The translations under genes and the position numbers were made by a program. DNA of 64,000 nucleotides, taken from IMG/VR virus record IMGVR_UViG_3300035670_000133, one strand, 5' to 3'. The stretch comes from an uncultured virus (IMG/VR IMGVR_UViG_3300035670_000133). Its lineage: Duplodnaviria > Heunggongvirae > Uroviricota > Caudoviricetes. Below are positions 27,955 to 38,388 of this stretch, piece after piece; position 1 is the stretch's first letter; the number at the start of each line of letters is the position of its first letter. Under the pieces are notes generated by a model. It did no database searches. It worked only from the letters and a program-made list of their open reading frames with translations, and was not told the DNA's origin.

Positions 27955-28827
27955 ATGGGCTGGTTTGAGAATTTAAGAAATACTGTAGGTCGTGCTATCA
28001 CGCAAAACCCCGTGGTGAAGGCTGTTACACAGTCCGCTCCTGTTCGTATGGCAGGTCGTGCTCTTGGTAGCAGTTACGTGAGACCCATGATTGGGTTTAA
28101 ACCTGAGATTGGTGGGATTATTGCTAGCGAATTTCTGCCTAAGGAAAGCCCCGTTAAGGCTTTAATTGACACAGGTCTGTACTTAGCTTCTGGTCCTTTT
28201 AATACAACTATAGGCTTAGCGGGTAGTTCTCCTCAAAGTGATGATCCCTATGGGCGCTGGCAGCAGCTTGGTTATAAGTCAAAGGAAGATATGGCTGCTC
28301 GAATTGCTGAACAGAAGCGGCGAGATGTCGCGGGCCAGGTTCCTAACCAGATGCCTAGAGTTTATACCGCTGATGATTATGGCCCTCCTCGCCCCGTGCG
28401 ATACCAAGACGGGGGTTTGATGATTGGTGATTATGCGGTAACTCGTTTTGACACTCCGGCTCAGCGTGAGCTTGATGCTACTCAACCCCAGCGTAGTGTG
28501 ACAGCACCTGCTGTTAGCCGTCCTGTCGAAGAGCAGCGCCCACCTGTTAGTCGCGTAGTGCCTCCCAGCACCACACAGCCGTCACGCGAAGAAACCCGCG
28601 TGGCTGTTGAGAACGATTTACTCAAGAAAGCAGCAGATCAAGAACGCACTGCTGAGCTCATGCGACGCATGATTGAACTTGATGTTACCGGCGGTATGAC
28701 TGCTGACAACATGCGTTCTTGGGTCTCTAAGAATCCAGTCTTGGCTGAACGTCTTATTGCGGATCGCATGGGGCGCAAAGAACGCCTGGCCAAGGAATTT
28801 GAAGGTTTTGCTGAGTACGCCCAATGA
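27955..28827 (+). CDS. Hypothetical protein (possibly virion-internal)
   Basis: 290-aa ORF behind a TATAAT box. Confidence 0.7.
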   Translation: MGWFENLRNTVGRAITQNPVVKAVTQSAPVRMAGRALGSSYVRPMIGFKPEIGGIIASEFLPKESPVKALIDTGLYLASGPFNTTIGLAGSSPQSDDPYGRWQQLGYKSKEDMAARIAEQKRRDVAGQVPNQMPRVYTADDYGPPRPVRYQDGGLMIGDYAVTRFDTPAQRELDATQPQRSVTAPAVSRPVEEQRPPVSRVVPPSTTQPSREETRVAVENDLLKKAADQERTAELMRRMIELDVTGGMTADNMRSWVSKNPVLAERLIADRMGRKERLAKEFEGFAEYAQ

Positions 28828-29049
28828 CCCCCGTGGTTTGGCCAGTCATTATTATGATGGCTGTTATTTTTGTTTTATTAATGTTAGTTGTAGCGGCAGT
28901 TATTCTTGAAGCGAATAATCTTTAGACGCGCTTCATCGAGGAGCATGATCACGCTGCCGATAGCCCACAGCAGCAAAACAACTGCGATTGTGCGTTTGAT
29001 TCCTTTAGGAGGTTCTAAAATAGATTGAGGTTTATTTCCGAAGAGCAGC

Positions 29050-29556
29050 ATGTACCGCGATCTCGTATATCGACCTGGTGAAGATTCTTACAATACACGA
29101 GATCTCGTATTTCGACCTGGCGTAGACACCAGCGCTTATCAGATGGTTCTTCGTGAGCCTGCTGGTCGTCGAGTTAGTTTTGCTGAAGTAGCTCCTTATT
29201 CCGTTACTGGAACACCAGGCATTGTTGTTGATCGACCTACCGATTACGGCATCGATGAAAGACCTTCGATTGCCGAAGTTCCCAACTTAGATAACTTAGT
29301 TCGATCTAGTGAAGATGCGACTAGGAAGGCACAGTTGCTTTTAGAGCTTTATATGCGCGGGATCGGTGGAGATCTCGTGGCTGGTTTACCAGAACCCATG
29401 TCGCAAGAAGAGTTCCAACATGAGGTGACTAAGCGCATGGACCGGAACAAACCCTCCGTTCAGGATGTGCTGCGCAACAAGTTTGGAGTGGGCAGCATCC
29501 GCGAGGGCATTAATCAAGGGATCTTCCCTGCTCCTCCTCGCCTGCCTGGCATTTAA
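29050..29556 (+). CDS. Hypothetical protein
   Basis: N-terminal duplicated RDLV(Y/F)RPG motif. Confidence 0.65.
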   Translation: MYRDLVYRPGEDSYNTRDLVFRPGVDTSAYQMVLREPAGRRVSFAEVAPYSVTGTPGIVVDRPTDYGIDERPSIAEVPNLDNLVRSSEDATRKAQLLLELYMRGIGGDLVAGLPEPMSQEEFQHEVTKRMDRNKPSVQDVLRNKFGVGSIREGINQGIFPAPPRLPGI

Positions 29557-30021
29557 CATAATAATTTTTAAGTTACGAGATCCCTTGCGGCGTCTGGGTT
29601 CCTAGAGTAAGGAACACGCAAAAGCACCGTGGGGGATCCCTACAAAACGATCGACCGAATTTCGACGCAGCTTGGCAAGCTACTGGCGTTATCTCCGGTT
29701 AGTGCTCCCGGCAGGGCGTCAAATGTCGCCACGCGTAAGGCTCAGACGCCTCCGTATCATTTAATGCACAGCATGACTTGGGATGAGGACGGCGAATTGG
29801 ATATTCGCTGACCCTGTAAATCAGTAGACTGAGTCCGGATATACAGGGATAAGTGCGTCGCAGGCAAAAAGCGTTCAAACTTTGGGCTAATGCACTCGGA
29901 CCCAAAGCAACAGACTGCCAGAAAACAGCCGATCGAGTGGCGTGGATTCGGACTGTTATCTTCGTCACGTACTTTGTCACCAATTGCTTTATCATTGCCG
30001 GTGTTATCCGACATTGGAACG

Positions 30022-30240
30022 ATGTCCTTTGAGGTTTCTCCGTATTACGAGGAGGCTATGTACAAGAGGCTTGAAGAAACTATTTTTGAGTATATGGAGG
30101 AAGATACGATTGCTATGCTCGTCCCTGCGCTTAAGAAATGTTTATGCACTGAGTTGGCTCGGCGCCGCCAGGAGGTTGCTAAGCTTGAGGCCGTAATGGC
30201 TGATTTGTTTCCTGGGGAAGGATATGGTCCGACTGAGTAA
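30022..30240 (+). CDS. Hypothetical protein
   Basis: Probable start at ATG 30022 (MSFEVSPYY). Confidence 0.55.
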   Translation: MSFEVSPYYEEAMYKRLEETIFEYMEEDTIAMLVPALKKCLCTELARRRQEVAKLEAVMADLFPGEGYGPTE

Positions 30241-30448
30241 AGATAAGAAGGCTCTGTTGCGCAAGCTCGAAAACGCCTATGTCGTTTGCAAAGACTGCGG
30301 GCTTCAGTATGGTGTGTACTCAGTAGGGTGCAGTTCTTCTTGGGTAGCTAAATGTAATGTTTGTGATCAAGAAAAGTCAGTAACAGAGGCACGCGACTAT
30401 GCGTACCTTGTTACAGGAATACGTAAATTGAAACTTGGCGAAATTTAA
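30224..30448 (+). CDS. Small Zn-finger protein
   Basis: CKDC...CNVC. Confidence 0.65.
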   Translation: MVRLSKDKKALLRKLENAYVVCKDCGLQYGVYSVGCSSSWVAKCNVCDQEKSVTEARDYAYLVTGIRKLKLGEI

Positions 30449-31284
30449 ATCGTTGACTTAGGGGTAAGGAAACCTTTTTGCGCCATGGCGGCAGCCATCG
30501 GACCTGCTGTGCTTGGTGCATACACAGGCGCCTGTTGTGCTTCTTTTTCTTTCATGCTTTCCGCCAGCAACTTCATTGTTGCTTCGTCGATAGCTTCAGC
30601 TGTTTTCTTGAACTGATCCTCGCTAGGGCCTTGGTATTTCGGAATGGTGATCCCTTGTTTGGGGTTCAGTATTTCGGCTAGTTTTTCGAGCAATAAGTCG
30701 TCAGCTGTTTTTGTGCCGTTGGTTGCTGTATCGGCAGGTATTGGCGTTTTTCCAGCTTCAACCAATACTTCACCTTGTTCCTCTGGGCGATTGATGTCAC
30801 CGTGGCCGACACGAAACACCACGCGTCCACTGGGATCTAGTGCTTCACTGAAGTATCCATAACCACCGCCGGAGCCACGGGTGATTTTGCCGCCAGGGAC
30901 GCCGGGGATAAAAATTGAAGCGCCTTCGACTGCGCCTTGATCGAAGCGCGATTTACCGGCGAATGGTACGTAAAAATCTAGGGGGTCCCAACCTGGCCGG
31001 GGGCGATGCGCAGCGGAAGCAGCTTCGAATAGCGCTTTCTTTTCTTCGGGTGTTGCATTGGGGTTCCAACGGCGACCTGAGACGGCTTGGTTGGAGAATT
31101 CGATTTCACGGCCAATACTTTTGTACTGGGCGGCCAGTGAATCAAGGGCGCGGATCTTTTCGGATAGGGGGAGGTTGCTGAGAATCTTTAAGTCGATGTG
31201 ATATGGCGATGAACCACCAATGCGTTCGCTAGGGCCGGTGAATCCAGAACGATATGTCGGAAGGTATGGATTCGAGTTAGTCAC
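30445..31284 (-). CDS. Hypothetical protein, possible M23-like peptidase domain
   Basis: YHIDL, DFYVP and GGGYGY...VGHG resemble M23-like folds; weak. Confidence 0.5.
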   Translation of the reverse strand: MTNSNPYLPTYRSGFTGPSERIGGSSPYHIDLKILSNLPLSEKIRALDSLAAQYKSIGREIEFSNQAVSGRRWNPNATPEEKKALFEAASAAHRPRPGWDPLDFYVPFAGKSRFDQGAVEGASIFIPGVPGGKITRGSGGGYGYFSEALDPSGRVVFRVGHGDINRPEEQGEVLVEAGKTPIPADTATNGTKTADDLLLEKLAEILNPKQGITIPKYQGPSEDQFKKTAEAIDEATMKLLAESMKEKEAQQAPVYAPSTAGPMAAAMAQKGFLTPKSTI

Positions 31285-31866
31285 TTCGGCCCTTTAGTTT
31301 TAAGGGTGTATAGTTCAGTTTAGCATTTATGTTTGTACAAAGAGCGGGTGCGCTGTATGAGTTATATAGTTGTTGATGAGTCCGATTTTGAGGTGATTGG
31401 GGTTGATGCGTATGGGATCTTGGTAAAGGCGGCGTGGGGTGAACAGAGTTTTGTCAGTAGCTGGCATCTGGTGGATGAGAGGAAAATCCAGTTGACCCGG
31501 AGGACAAAGCCAGCGGATTGGGACGCAAAGAAAAAGGCCCGAGAGCAGGCCGTAGAAGAGAAGAGGTAAAGGGTGTTAATAAAAACTGCGTGCGTGCACA
31601 GCTACTGGTGGGGAAAGGTGTGGGGCGCGGGCCGAAACCCCCAAAGCGCCAGTCTCATGTGTCTTATTTGAGATTTGATTTAAGTGGTTTGAACTGTCCA
31701 CACCAATCGTTGTCAGCATTAACGAGAGGCCAAACAGCCCGTGGGTGAAGGGCAGACTGCTTGTACTCGGGCGTTGGAGAAAACCGACGACACTCTCCTG
31801 CCGCGTTAAGTTCAGCGTCGTGTGTCAGTCTAAAGAATCTGCAGTGCCGGCAGACGCCTTTTTCGT

Positions 31867-32580
31867 TCATGCGACCAGACATGCGAGTTGCCAACCGGTA
31901 AAGATTGCCGTTTTCATTGCAGCGAACGCATTAAGAGCTCCGTCGACCCCGCGTTGAACATCAGGATGGCCGTAGTCATCGAAGATCACAACGCCACCAC
32001 TCTTTACCATCGGTACGTACAGCGTTGTGTCGCGAGCTACGGAAGCAGGGTCGTGGGCGCCATCAATATAAAGGACGTCGATCCAGGGTTCGCCTTTGCT
32101 TCGACGGTTCAGTTCAGGGAAAACGTCCCAGCTACAGCCCTTGATGATCTCAATCTTCTGCGCGTTGTCGGATTTGGCGATATTTCCACGAGCCGTCAGC
32201 TCAATCTGCGCCAGTTCAGGGTAATTTTCCGGTTTTTCGTGGTGTTCAGAACTTCCGGTGAACGGATCAATCGAAATTAGGCGAGATTCGGGGTGAGAAA
32301 GGTAAAAATCAGACCAAAAGCAGCTAGAGGCGCCCTCGTAAACGCCGATTTCAACGATTTGACGCTTTTCGGAGGGGTTTAAACGGATATCTTTAGCTTC
32401 ATCGCGGGTGCAGAGCACCATATCGGTGTTTAAGAGTGCGTCAAACCAGGTTTGGTTAAAGGAATATCGATCGTCAAGCTTCTTTTTGCCTTGGATTTGT
32501 ACCACGGGGGCTACGGCAGCTGTTTCGTCGCCGAGCTGAGCCATCAAGTCTTTAAAACTAGGCTTGCTTGCCGTGGTCAT
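31867..32580 (-). CDS. Class I SAM-dependent methyltransferase (Methyltransf_24-like)
   Basis: VEIGVYEGAS, IDPF, LYIDGAH and GGVVIFDDY. Confidence 0.9.
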   Translation of the reverse strand: MTTASKPSFKDLMAQLGDETAAVAPVVQIQGKKKLDDRYSFNQTWFDALLNTDMVLCTRDEAKDIRLNPSEKRQIVEIGVYEGASSCFWSDFYLSHPESRLISIDPFTGSSEHHEKPENYPELAQIELTARGNIAKSDNAQKIEIIKGCSWDVFPELNRRSKGEPWIDVLYIDGAHDPASVARDTTLYVPMVKSGGVVIFDDYGHPDVQRGVDGALNAFAAMKTAIFTGWQLACLVA

Positions 32581-32620
32581 CGCCGTATTTTTGATGTGTC
32601 AGCATCGTAGCAGTATTTCC

Positions 32621-32649
32621 TTGACACGGCCAGGCTCGCTGTGTATGAT
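32621..32649 (+). promoter_or_regulatory. Sigma70-type promoter
   Basis: TTGACA-N17-TATGAT. Confidence 0.7.
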
Positions 32650-32663
32650 GGCTGTGTCACTAG

Positions 32664-32948
32664 GTGACTTACATGACTACCAACATCGACATCAAATCAA
32701 GCCACGCCGTTTGGGCGACACTCGTCTGGAAGGGACCCACTTATATATTTCTTTGCTGTTTAATCGGAGCCTGCATAGGGTTCGCGCCGTACGTTATGGA
32801 GAACCATCGCGAACAGCGGGTTATGAAGCAGAAGTTTCAAGAGCTGGTCAGCGAGTGCGAGCGTGGTCAGTATGAAGTAAATGGAAGGTATGACTCGTTG
32901 ATCTGCCGTAAGTGGGCAAACACTTACTACCCTGTTTATAGGTACTGA
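32664..32948 (+). CDS. Small membrane protein
   Basis: Hydrophobic segment; directly behind the promoter. Confidence 0.6.
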   Translation: MTYMTTNIDIKSSHAVWATLVWKGPTYIFLCCLIGACIGFAPYVMENHREQRVMKQKFQELVSECERGQYEVNGRYDSLICRKWANTYYPVYRY

Positions 32949-32953
32949 TCGTC

Positions 32954-33169
32954 ATGACGACCCCAGAAGAGCTCTCGCCAGAGGAAAAAGCTTTGCTTGC
33001 GCAAGCAATATTGAACCTCCAATCGTTTATTGAGGAGGAGACTACGCATTATGTGCTTTTGGAAGACCCTCGTAACGAGGATGATTATGATACATTTGAG
33101 TACGGGACTGAACCGCTGCCTGGTGACCAAACCTGGAAAAAGTCTGACGAGGGTCGCGCACCGGACTGA
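32954..33169 (+). CDS. Acidic hypothetical protein
   Basis: Co-oriented ORF; FEYGTEPLP motif. Confidence 0.6.
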   Translation: MTTPEELSPEEKALLAQAILNLQSFIEEETTHYVLLEDPRNEDDYDTFEYGTEPLPGDQTWKKSDEGRAPD

Positions 33170-33245
33170 CCAGCTGTTACAGTCCGTACGCCGTTGCGAC
33201 GGGTAAAGTCGCGTGCGCAAACAGAGACGCCCACCCCAGCAACAA

Positions 33246-33318
33246 GCCCGAGTAGTCCAGCGGAAGAGACAGAGACCTTAAAAGTCTCACAGCGTGGGTT
33301 CGAATCCCACCTCGGGTA
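33246..33318 (+). tRNA. tRNA-Leu(TAA) with short variable loop
   Basis: GCCCGAG/CTCGGGT, GAGAC-CTTAAAA-GTCTC, 5-nt variable region, GTGGG-TTCGAAT-CCCAC. Confidence 0.9.
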
Positions 33319-33339
33319 TCTTTTTTAACTTCAGTTCTG

Positions 33340-33771
33340 ATGGCAGCACAGCTTAAAAAGCACACCGAGACTCAGTTAAGCGGATTTTACGCTTATCACG
33401 CAACAAAAGAGTGTCCCGCTTGTAATAGCCATAAGTTTAAAGTCGTTGAGAGCAGAAAGACTTTTGACGGGACTCGCCGACGCTATAAATGCTTAGCTTG
33501 TGATTACAGGCAAACCATGCACGAGATTTCTTCTGAGAGTTATGAAGAGCTTCGTATGCTCCGCTCTAAATTTGCGCTTATTAGGAATGCTGTATCTGAG
33601 GTAGCGCCCGAGCCTTTGACGATAACATCTCCTCCTGCGGTTGTTAAAGAGACTTCTAAGATACCTTGCTGTGACTGTGTTCACATGACACCTCATGGGT
33701 GTTCGTTTGACATCCCTGAAGCGCAGACCAAAGAGGCTGAAGGATGCAATCTATTTAAGGAATTATTTTGA
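33340..33771 (+). CDS. NrdR-like Zn-ribbon protein
   Basis: CPAC...VVESR...RRRYKCLAC...TMHE; no ATP-cone. Confidence 0.75.
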   Translation: MAAQLKKHTETQLSGFYAYHATKECPACNSHKFKVVESRKTFDGTRRRYKCLACDYRQTMHEISSESYEELRMLRSKFALIRNAVSEVAPEPLTITSPPAVVKETSKIPCCDCVHMTPHGCSFDIPEAQTKEAEGCNLFKELF

Positions 33772-33798
33772 TAGCATACTGCCATAAGCTCTAAGTAG

Positions 33799-34569
33799 AT
33801 GGCGGACTCAATCCCCGTTCTCGGTACTGCGATCGTCAATAATCCGTATTGGCTACATAGACTTTTTATGAGTATCGACTACCCTGTCGATAATTTCTTT
33901 GTCGTAAATAACAACGGCCGTGGGCAGATTACGGAGGCAGTAGAAAGTGTTCGTAGCTTGTCCAATCCTTTCGTAAAGAAGGTCCACGTTACTCATATGC
34001 CGGCCAACATCGGTTGTTCGGGAGCTTGGAATCTAATTATTAAATGTTTCATGAAGGCACCCTATTGGGTGATAGCAAACCATGACGTTATGTTTGAGCC
34101 TGGTTTTTTACAGGAGATGACTGAAAAAGCTCAGGATAAAGACGTGGCCACTGTGCACGGATCTGGAGGTGGTTGGGATATCTTTCTTCTTAAAGATTGG
34201 GTTGTGAATAAGTACGGACTTTTTGATGAGAACCTATATCCCGGATACTGCGAAGACATGGACTACGGTATGCGTTTTATTCATGATGATCTCAAGAGAG
34301 TTCTAAGCCTCACTCATGGTTACTACCACGGCAGTAAGAAAGATTATTCTGATGGTTCTCAGACCTGGCGCTCTGAACCCAACTTACAGGTAGCTGTTCA
34401 TGTAGCACATGAGTTAAATAAACGATATTTACATATGAAGTGGGGAGAAGCGTGGCAGGCTCACGTCGAAGGTGAGACACATAAAACACCTTTTAATGTT
34501 CCCGAGCTTCCTATTGATTTCACTACATATGATTTGGAGTTCGTACGTCGTAAGCATTTAGGTTTTTGA
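33799..34569 (+). CDS. GT-A fold (GT2-like) glycosyltransferase
   Basis: NIGCSGAWN, NHDV, FDENLYPGYCEDMDY. Confidence 0.85.
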   Translation: MADSIPVLGTAIVNNPYWLHRLFMSIDYPVDNFFVVNNNGRGQITEAVESVRSLSNPFVKKVHVTHMPANIGCSGAWNLIIKCFMKAPYWVIANHDVMFEPGFLQEMTEKAQDKDVATVHGSGGGWDIFLLKDWVVNKYGLFDENLYPGYCEDMDYGMRFIHDDLKRVLSLTHGYYHGSKKDYSDGSQTWRSEPNLQVAVHVAHELNKRYLHMKWGEAWQAHVEGETHKTPFNVPELPIDFTTYDLEFVRRKHLGF

Positions 34570-34570
34570 T

Positions 34571-34921
34571 ATGGAGGAGTTTCCCTGTACTGGCTGCTCT
34601 CTGTGTTGTAGAAACCTTCAAAACATACACACAGACGCACTTAAGTTTCCAGAAGGCTCTATTGTGCGGATAGCAGCTGAAACTTTTCCTTTTGCTTGGG
34701 ATGAGTCTGGAACCTGTGTAAACCTTCAGAACGATAGATGTTCTGTATACGAGGGGCGCCCTCTCTTGTGTAACGTTAAAGCGCTGTCCACGCTGTGGGC
34801 TGAACAAGCCGGATGCAACGTCAAGGATATTTACGCTTTAACGGCTGAAAGCTGTAACAGTCTCATAGATACGTACGGCCTCCCATCTGAGTTTAAAATT
34901 AACCCAGCTCAGTTTAAATAG
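34571..34921 (+). CDS. YkgJ/CxxCxxCC family protein
   Basis: CTGCSLCC...C...CSVYEGRPLLC. Confidence 0.85.
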   Translation: MEEFPCTGCSLCCRNLQNIHTDALKFPEGSIVRIAAETFPFAWDESGTCVNLQNDRCSVYEGRPLLCNVKALSTLWAEQAGCNVKDIYALTAESCNSLIDTYGLPSEFKINPAQFK

Positions 34922-34922
34922 T

Positions 34923-35195
34923 ATGCCTTTTTATTCTTCCTACACAGGGGGTAGTCGGCTTATCAATAAACTTAAGTATGTTTTAGACACAAAAAACTTG
35001 TCGTCGTTTGCGCTGAGTAAAAGGGCAAACTTATCACCTACGACGACAAGAAAAATCTATAGTGATCCTTCGTACATACCGTCGCCAGATGTTCTGGAAA
35101 AGCTCTGTGTGACCTTGAGTTGTTTGCCTGGCGATATCCTAGATATTCGAGGTAATATAGAAGAATCAGCCGTGGTAGTGTCCGGTGTTTTCTAA
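34923..35195 (+). CDS. Cro/C1-type HTH regulator
   Basis: LSKRANLSPTT...LEKLCVTLSCLPGDIL. Confidence 0.85.
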   Translation: MPFYSSYTGGSRLINKLKYVLDTKNLSSFALSKRANLSPTTTRKIYSDPSYIPSPDVLEKLCVTLSCLPGDILDIRGNIEESAVVVSGVF

Positions 35196-37788
35196 AGCCG
35201 ATTACGAATTAGCTGCTCGAATCCTGGGACTGCCTGTTCCTCAGACTCCGGCTGAGCAAGCTGCTGCCGCTCCTGTTACAGCTGAAGTTGTTCGTCGTTT
35301 CAGCCAAGGGCGCCCTCCGATGCCTGGTATGGAACCAGGTGGCTTTTACACAGGTGCTACTCATTCCCTTAATGGGTATCCGGATAACACTATGCCGATG
35401 CAGCGAGCTCAGCTTGCATCGCGGCTTCGGACTGAGCCCGAGCGTCCCCACGAGGATGCTTACTTGATGGATCTAATTCAGTCGTTAGATCCAGAAGAAT
35501 TCCAGATTGTGTTGATGCTTCTGGAGCAGTTGGCTGAGCAGGAAGAAGAGGAGTCTGATCGACTTTCTTCTCAGCGTCCTCTTGAGTACGACACTCCTAA
35601 TTTAGGTTCTAATTACAGCGTGCTCAACGCTCCTTCCTCTAATGGAATCGAGCCCTCTCGCGCCTTCCAGCCCTTAAGCTGATGCAACTAAACGCCCGCC
35701 AGAGACAACTGCGGGAGCGAGACGTTAGAAAGCTCGCTCCTGAGTTAGACGCTAATACTTTTATGCGTCTCTACATGGAAAGCAATTTTCCTCAGACGGC
35801 TGCTTTCCCTTCGCAACAGCAATTAGAGCAAGGTGTTGACACTAATAATCTGCAAGATCCTCTAAAATTAGCTAAGAAGCCCCTTGGTGGCACTAAGTAC
35901 GACAACCCTGGGGGTTTTTGATTTATGGCCAGTCCCGCTGCTGCTGTAGGTAAGTTAGGTGGTTTAACCCCTGGCGGGTTAGCTCAAGAAGTCTTAGGCG
36001 GTCTCATCATCGGAGGCGGCCAAGCTTTATTGGGTGGCTTAACTGGTGCTGTAGAACCGAGTGCTCCCCAGGGCTCGTCTGGCAGCAAATACATGATCAC
36101 CTTGCAGGATGTCAAGGAGATCGAGAAGTACGTCGCGAGTGAAAACTTCCGGCGTTCGATGCTTAATAACTTCGGTGCGGAGCTGCCCCTGCTGGATGCA
36201 GATGCAATCATCCGTGAGCGAGAGGCTCAGCTGCGTCAATCAGCAGATGAAGCAGGTGCTCGCGAGTACGCAAAAGAACAGCTGAGTATTCCTCGCGCAG
36301 TCATTCCGGCTATCGCGCAATCCGCCGCTGTGGGCGCTCAAGCCGCTTCTAACTTAGGCCAACAGTTTCTCGAAAGTTATCTAGCTCGTCCTAGTATTGA
36401 TCCAGCCATTCAGGAAGCAGCGAGGGCAGTCTGATGAATCCACTTGCAGCTCGAATTTTAAAAGGTGCTCTTGGGTTAGGTGGCATCGCCGTTGCGGGTG
36501 CTGCTGCTGACTATGGTGCTCGCAAGATATTTGGCGGAGTGGGTGAGAGCCCTGAAGAGCGCCGAGCAGAGAAAGATCGCGATTTTCAGCGTCAGCTAGA
36601 GCTTTCTCGCCAAGAGCATCAGTACGCTTTAGAGCAGATTAAAGCTCAGACCGGAGTCAGTGACGCCCAGGCTGCTGCTTTGCTGCAGGAGATGCAAGCT
36701 GACCGGCTGCTCCGCCAAGCGCTTACCGAAAAGTCACTTGATCCTGCTCTTTATGCTCAGCGAGCAGCTATTGATCAAGCGAACTGGGAACGCCAGCAAG
36801 AGCTCAGCCGAATAGCTGCTGCTGAACAAAGCCGGGAACTAACTCGACGCAAGATCGAAGGCGACGTTATCGGAGCGTGGCAAGGCATCACACAGGCCCA
36901 GATTAATGCTGACGCTCTTATTGCTAAGGGATTGATGGATCTGGCATACACATCAGGTATGCCTAACCCTAACGTTCTACAAGCCGGCGCAAGTTTTGCT
37001 CAGCAAGGCGCCGCTGGGTTTGATACTCCTCGTTCTACGATTTCTTAGTCATGGCACTTCCAGCAATTCTTGGGCCTGTATTAGGTACTGCCGCCGGAAC
37101 CGGCGTTTCGTGGGGATTAGGTAAATTATTCGGTGGCGGAGGTGATAGTAGCGGTAGTCAACCTGGTGATATTTACCAGCAGTTTGCAGCCCAAATGGCT
37201 GCGCAAAATAATCCTCTGACGGCCACTTACCAAGGCTTAAGTCTTTTACAGGGTGCGCTCGCAGGAGCAATCGGCCAAGAGGCTACAACTAAAGCATCCG
37301 CTCAGCTGAGTATGCTGACGGAAGCTCTCCAGCGAGCTCAGAAAGACGCCACGTTGCAGGCTTCTAATGCTCAGTACTATGGCAAACTTGGAGGGGACAC
37401 TTTATATAATTTGGGGCAAGCCAGGCTCTCCACAGAGCTTCAGGCACCTCAGTTAATGGCTCAAGCAGGCTCTGCTGCATTGGCCGGTGAAAACGCTCTG
37501 GCTAATCAGCTAGGGATGACAAATATTGGAGTTAAGTCTTATCAAGAGCAGCTTCGCGGCGACGTCGCCAAGAACCAAGCTGAGACTTTAAATGACGTTT
37601 ATCAGACTCGCGCTGAGAATGAAGGCCGCCTCGCTTTGGGTGCTCAACAATTTGAAAGTGCGGCTCAATTAGATAAAGTACGTACGCTTGGCGACATAAC
37701 ACGAATTAAAGCTGGCGCTAAGGCTAAGCTTGCAGAGAAACAGTGGGGTCTTAACGCTGCACTTATGGGAACTAAGCTGTTTGCATGA
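35185..37788 (+). other. Five coupled Ala/Gln/Gly-rich genes, probable internal virion/ejection proteins
   Basis: ORFs at 35185, 35682, 35925, 36434 and 37051; Gly-rich hydrophobic N-termini plus helical A/Q-rich bodies. Confidence 0.55.
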
Positions 37789-38315
37789 TTAAATCCACTA
37801 TTGGTGATTCAACAACTGTTGGCGGTTGGCTTAACTCTTTAGATAAGTCACAGCAAGACGCGTTTAAGCACTATGCAAAGAACGCAACTAGTGACATAGA
37901 GGCTTATTTGTATGCTCGGTTTTTAAAACCGGGCTACAACGGGTCTATTGCTGACCTGACAGCGTGGATCAGCGAGAAGTACCCCAAAGAAGATTTACGA
38001 AAGATCTTGCTCATCGAAATTGATTCGATGAAGACGGATCTGCACAATGTAAGGCAGATGACCCTTACTGGCATGTTGGATCATGCCACAGCCGCTACAA
38101 AGATCGCTGTTCTTCAAAAAGAAATCCGCTCGCACATCCAAGCAGTTCGCCAGTTGACTGACGGCCTCGATCGGCGCGGGCTCCTTTTAGCCGGGGCTGA
38201 CCGCTGTATGCGCGAACTGATGAACAGCTTTGAGGATGTTCCCGCTGTTTATTCTCTGCTCGAAGATGCTTCCATTGTGGTTTGGAGCACCGTGGAACGC
38301 GAGGAAAAGAGTTGA
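37785..38315 (+). CDS. Helical hypothetical protein (possible terminase small subunit)
   Basis: Size and position upstream of terL; no motif recognised. Confidence 0.45.
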   Translation: MIKSTIGDSTTVGGWLNSLDKSQQDAFKHYAKNATSDIEAYLYARFLKPGYNGSIADLTAWISEKYPKEDLRKILLIEIDSMKTDLHNVRQMTLTGMLDHATAATKIAVLQKEIRSHIQAVRQLTDGLDRRGLLLAGADRCMRELMNSFEDVPAVYSLLEDASIVVWSTVEREEKS

Positions 38316-38388
38316 GTTGCGAAGGTAGGCCGAGACCTACCCCCTAACCCGTCCTGGCTTCAGGAATATTAGAGGCGCTAAAGACCCC

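Noticed and set aside
33185..33240. Second tRNA upstream of tRNA-Leu
   Set aside because: Only one hairpin (GCGAC-GGGTAAA-GTCGC); no T arm or acceptor stem.
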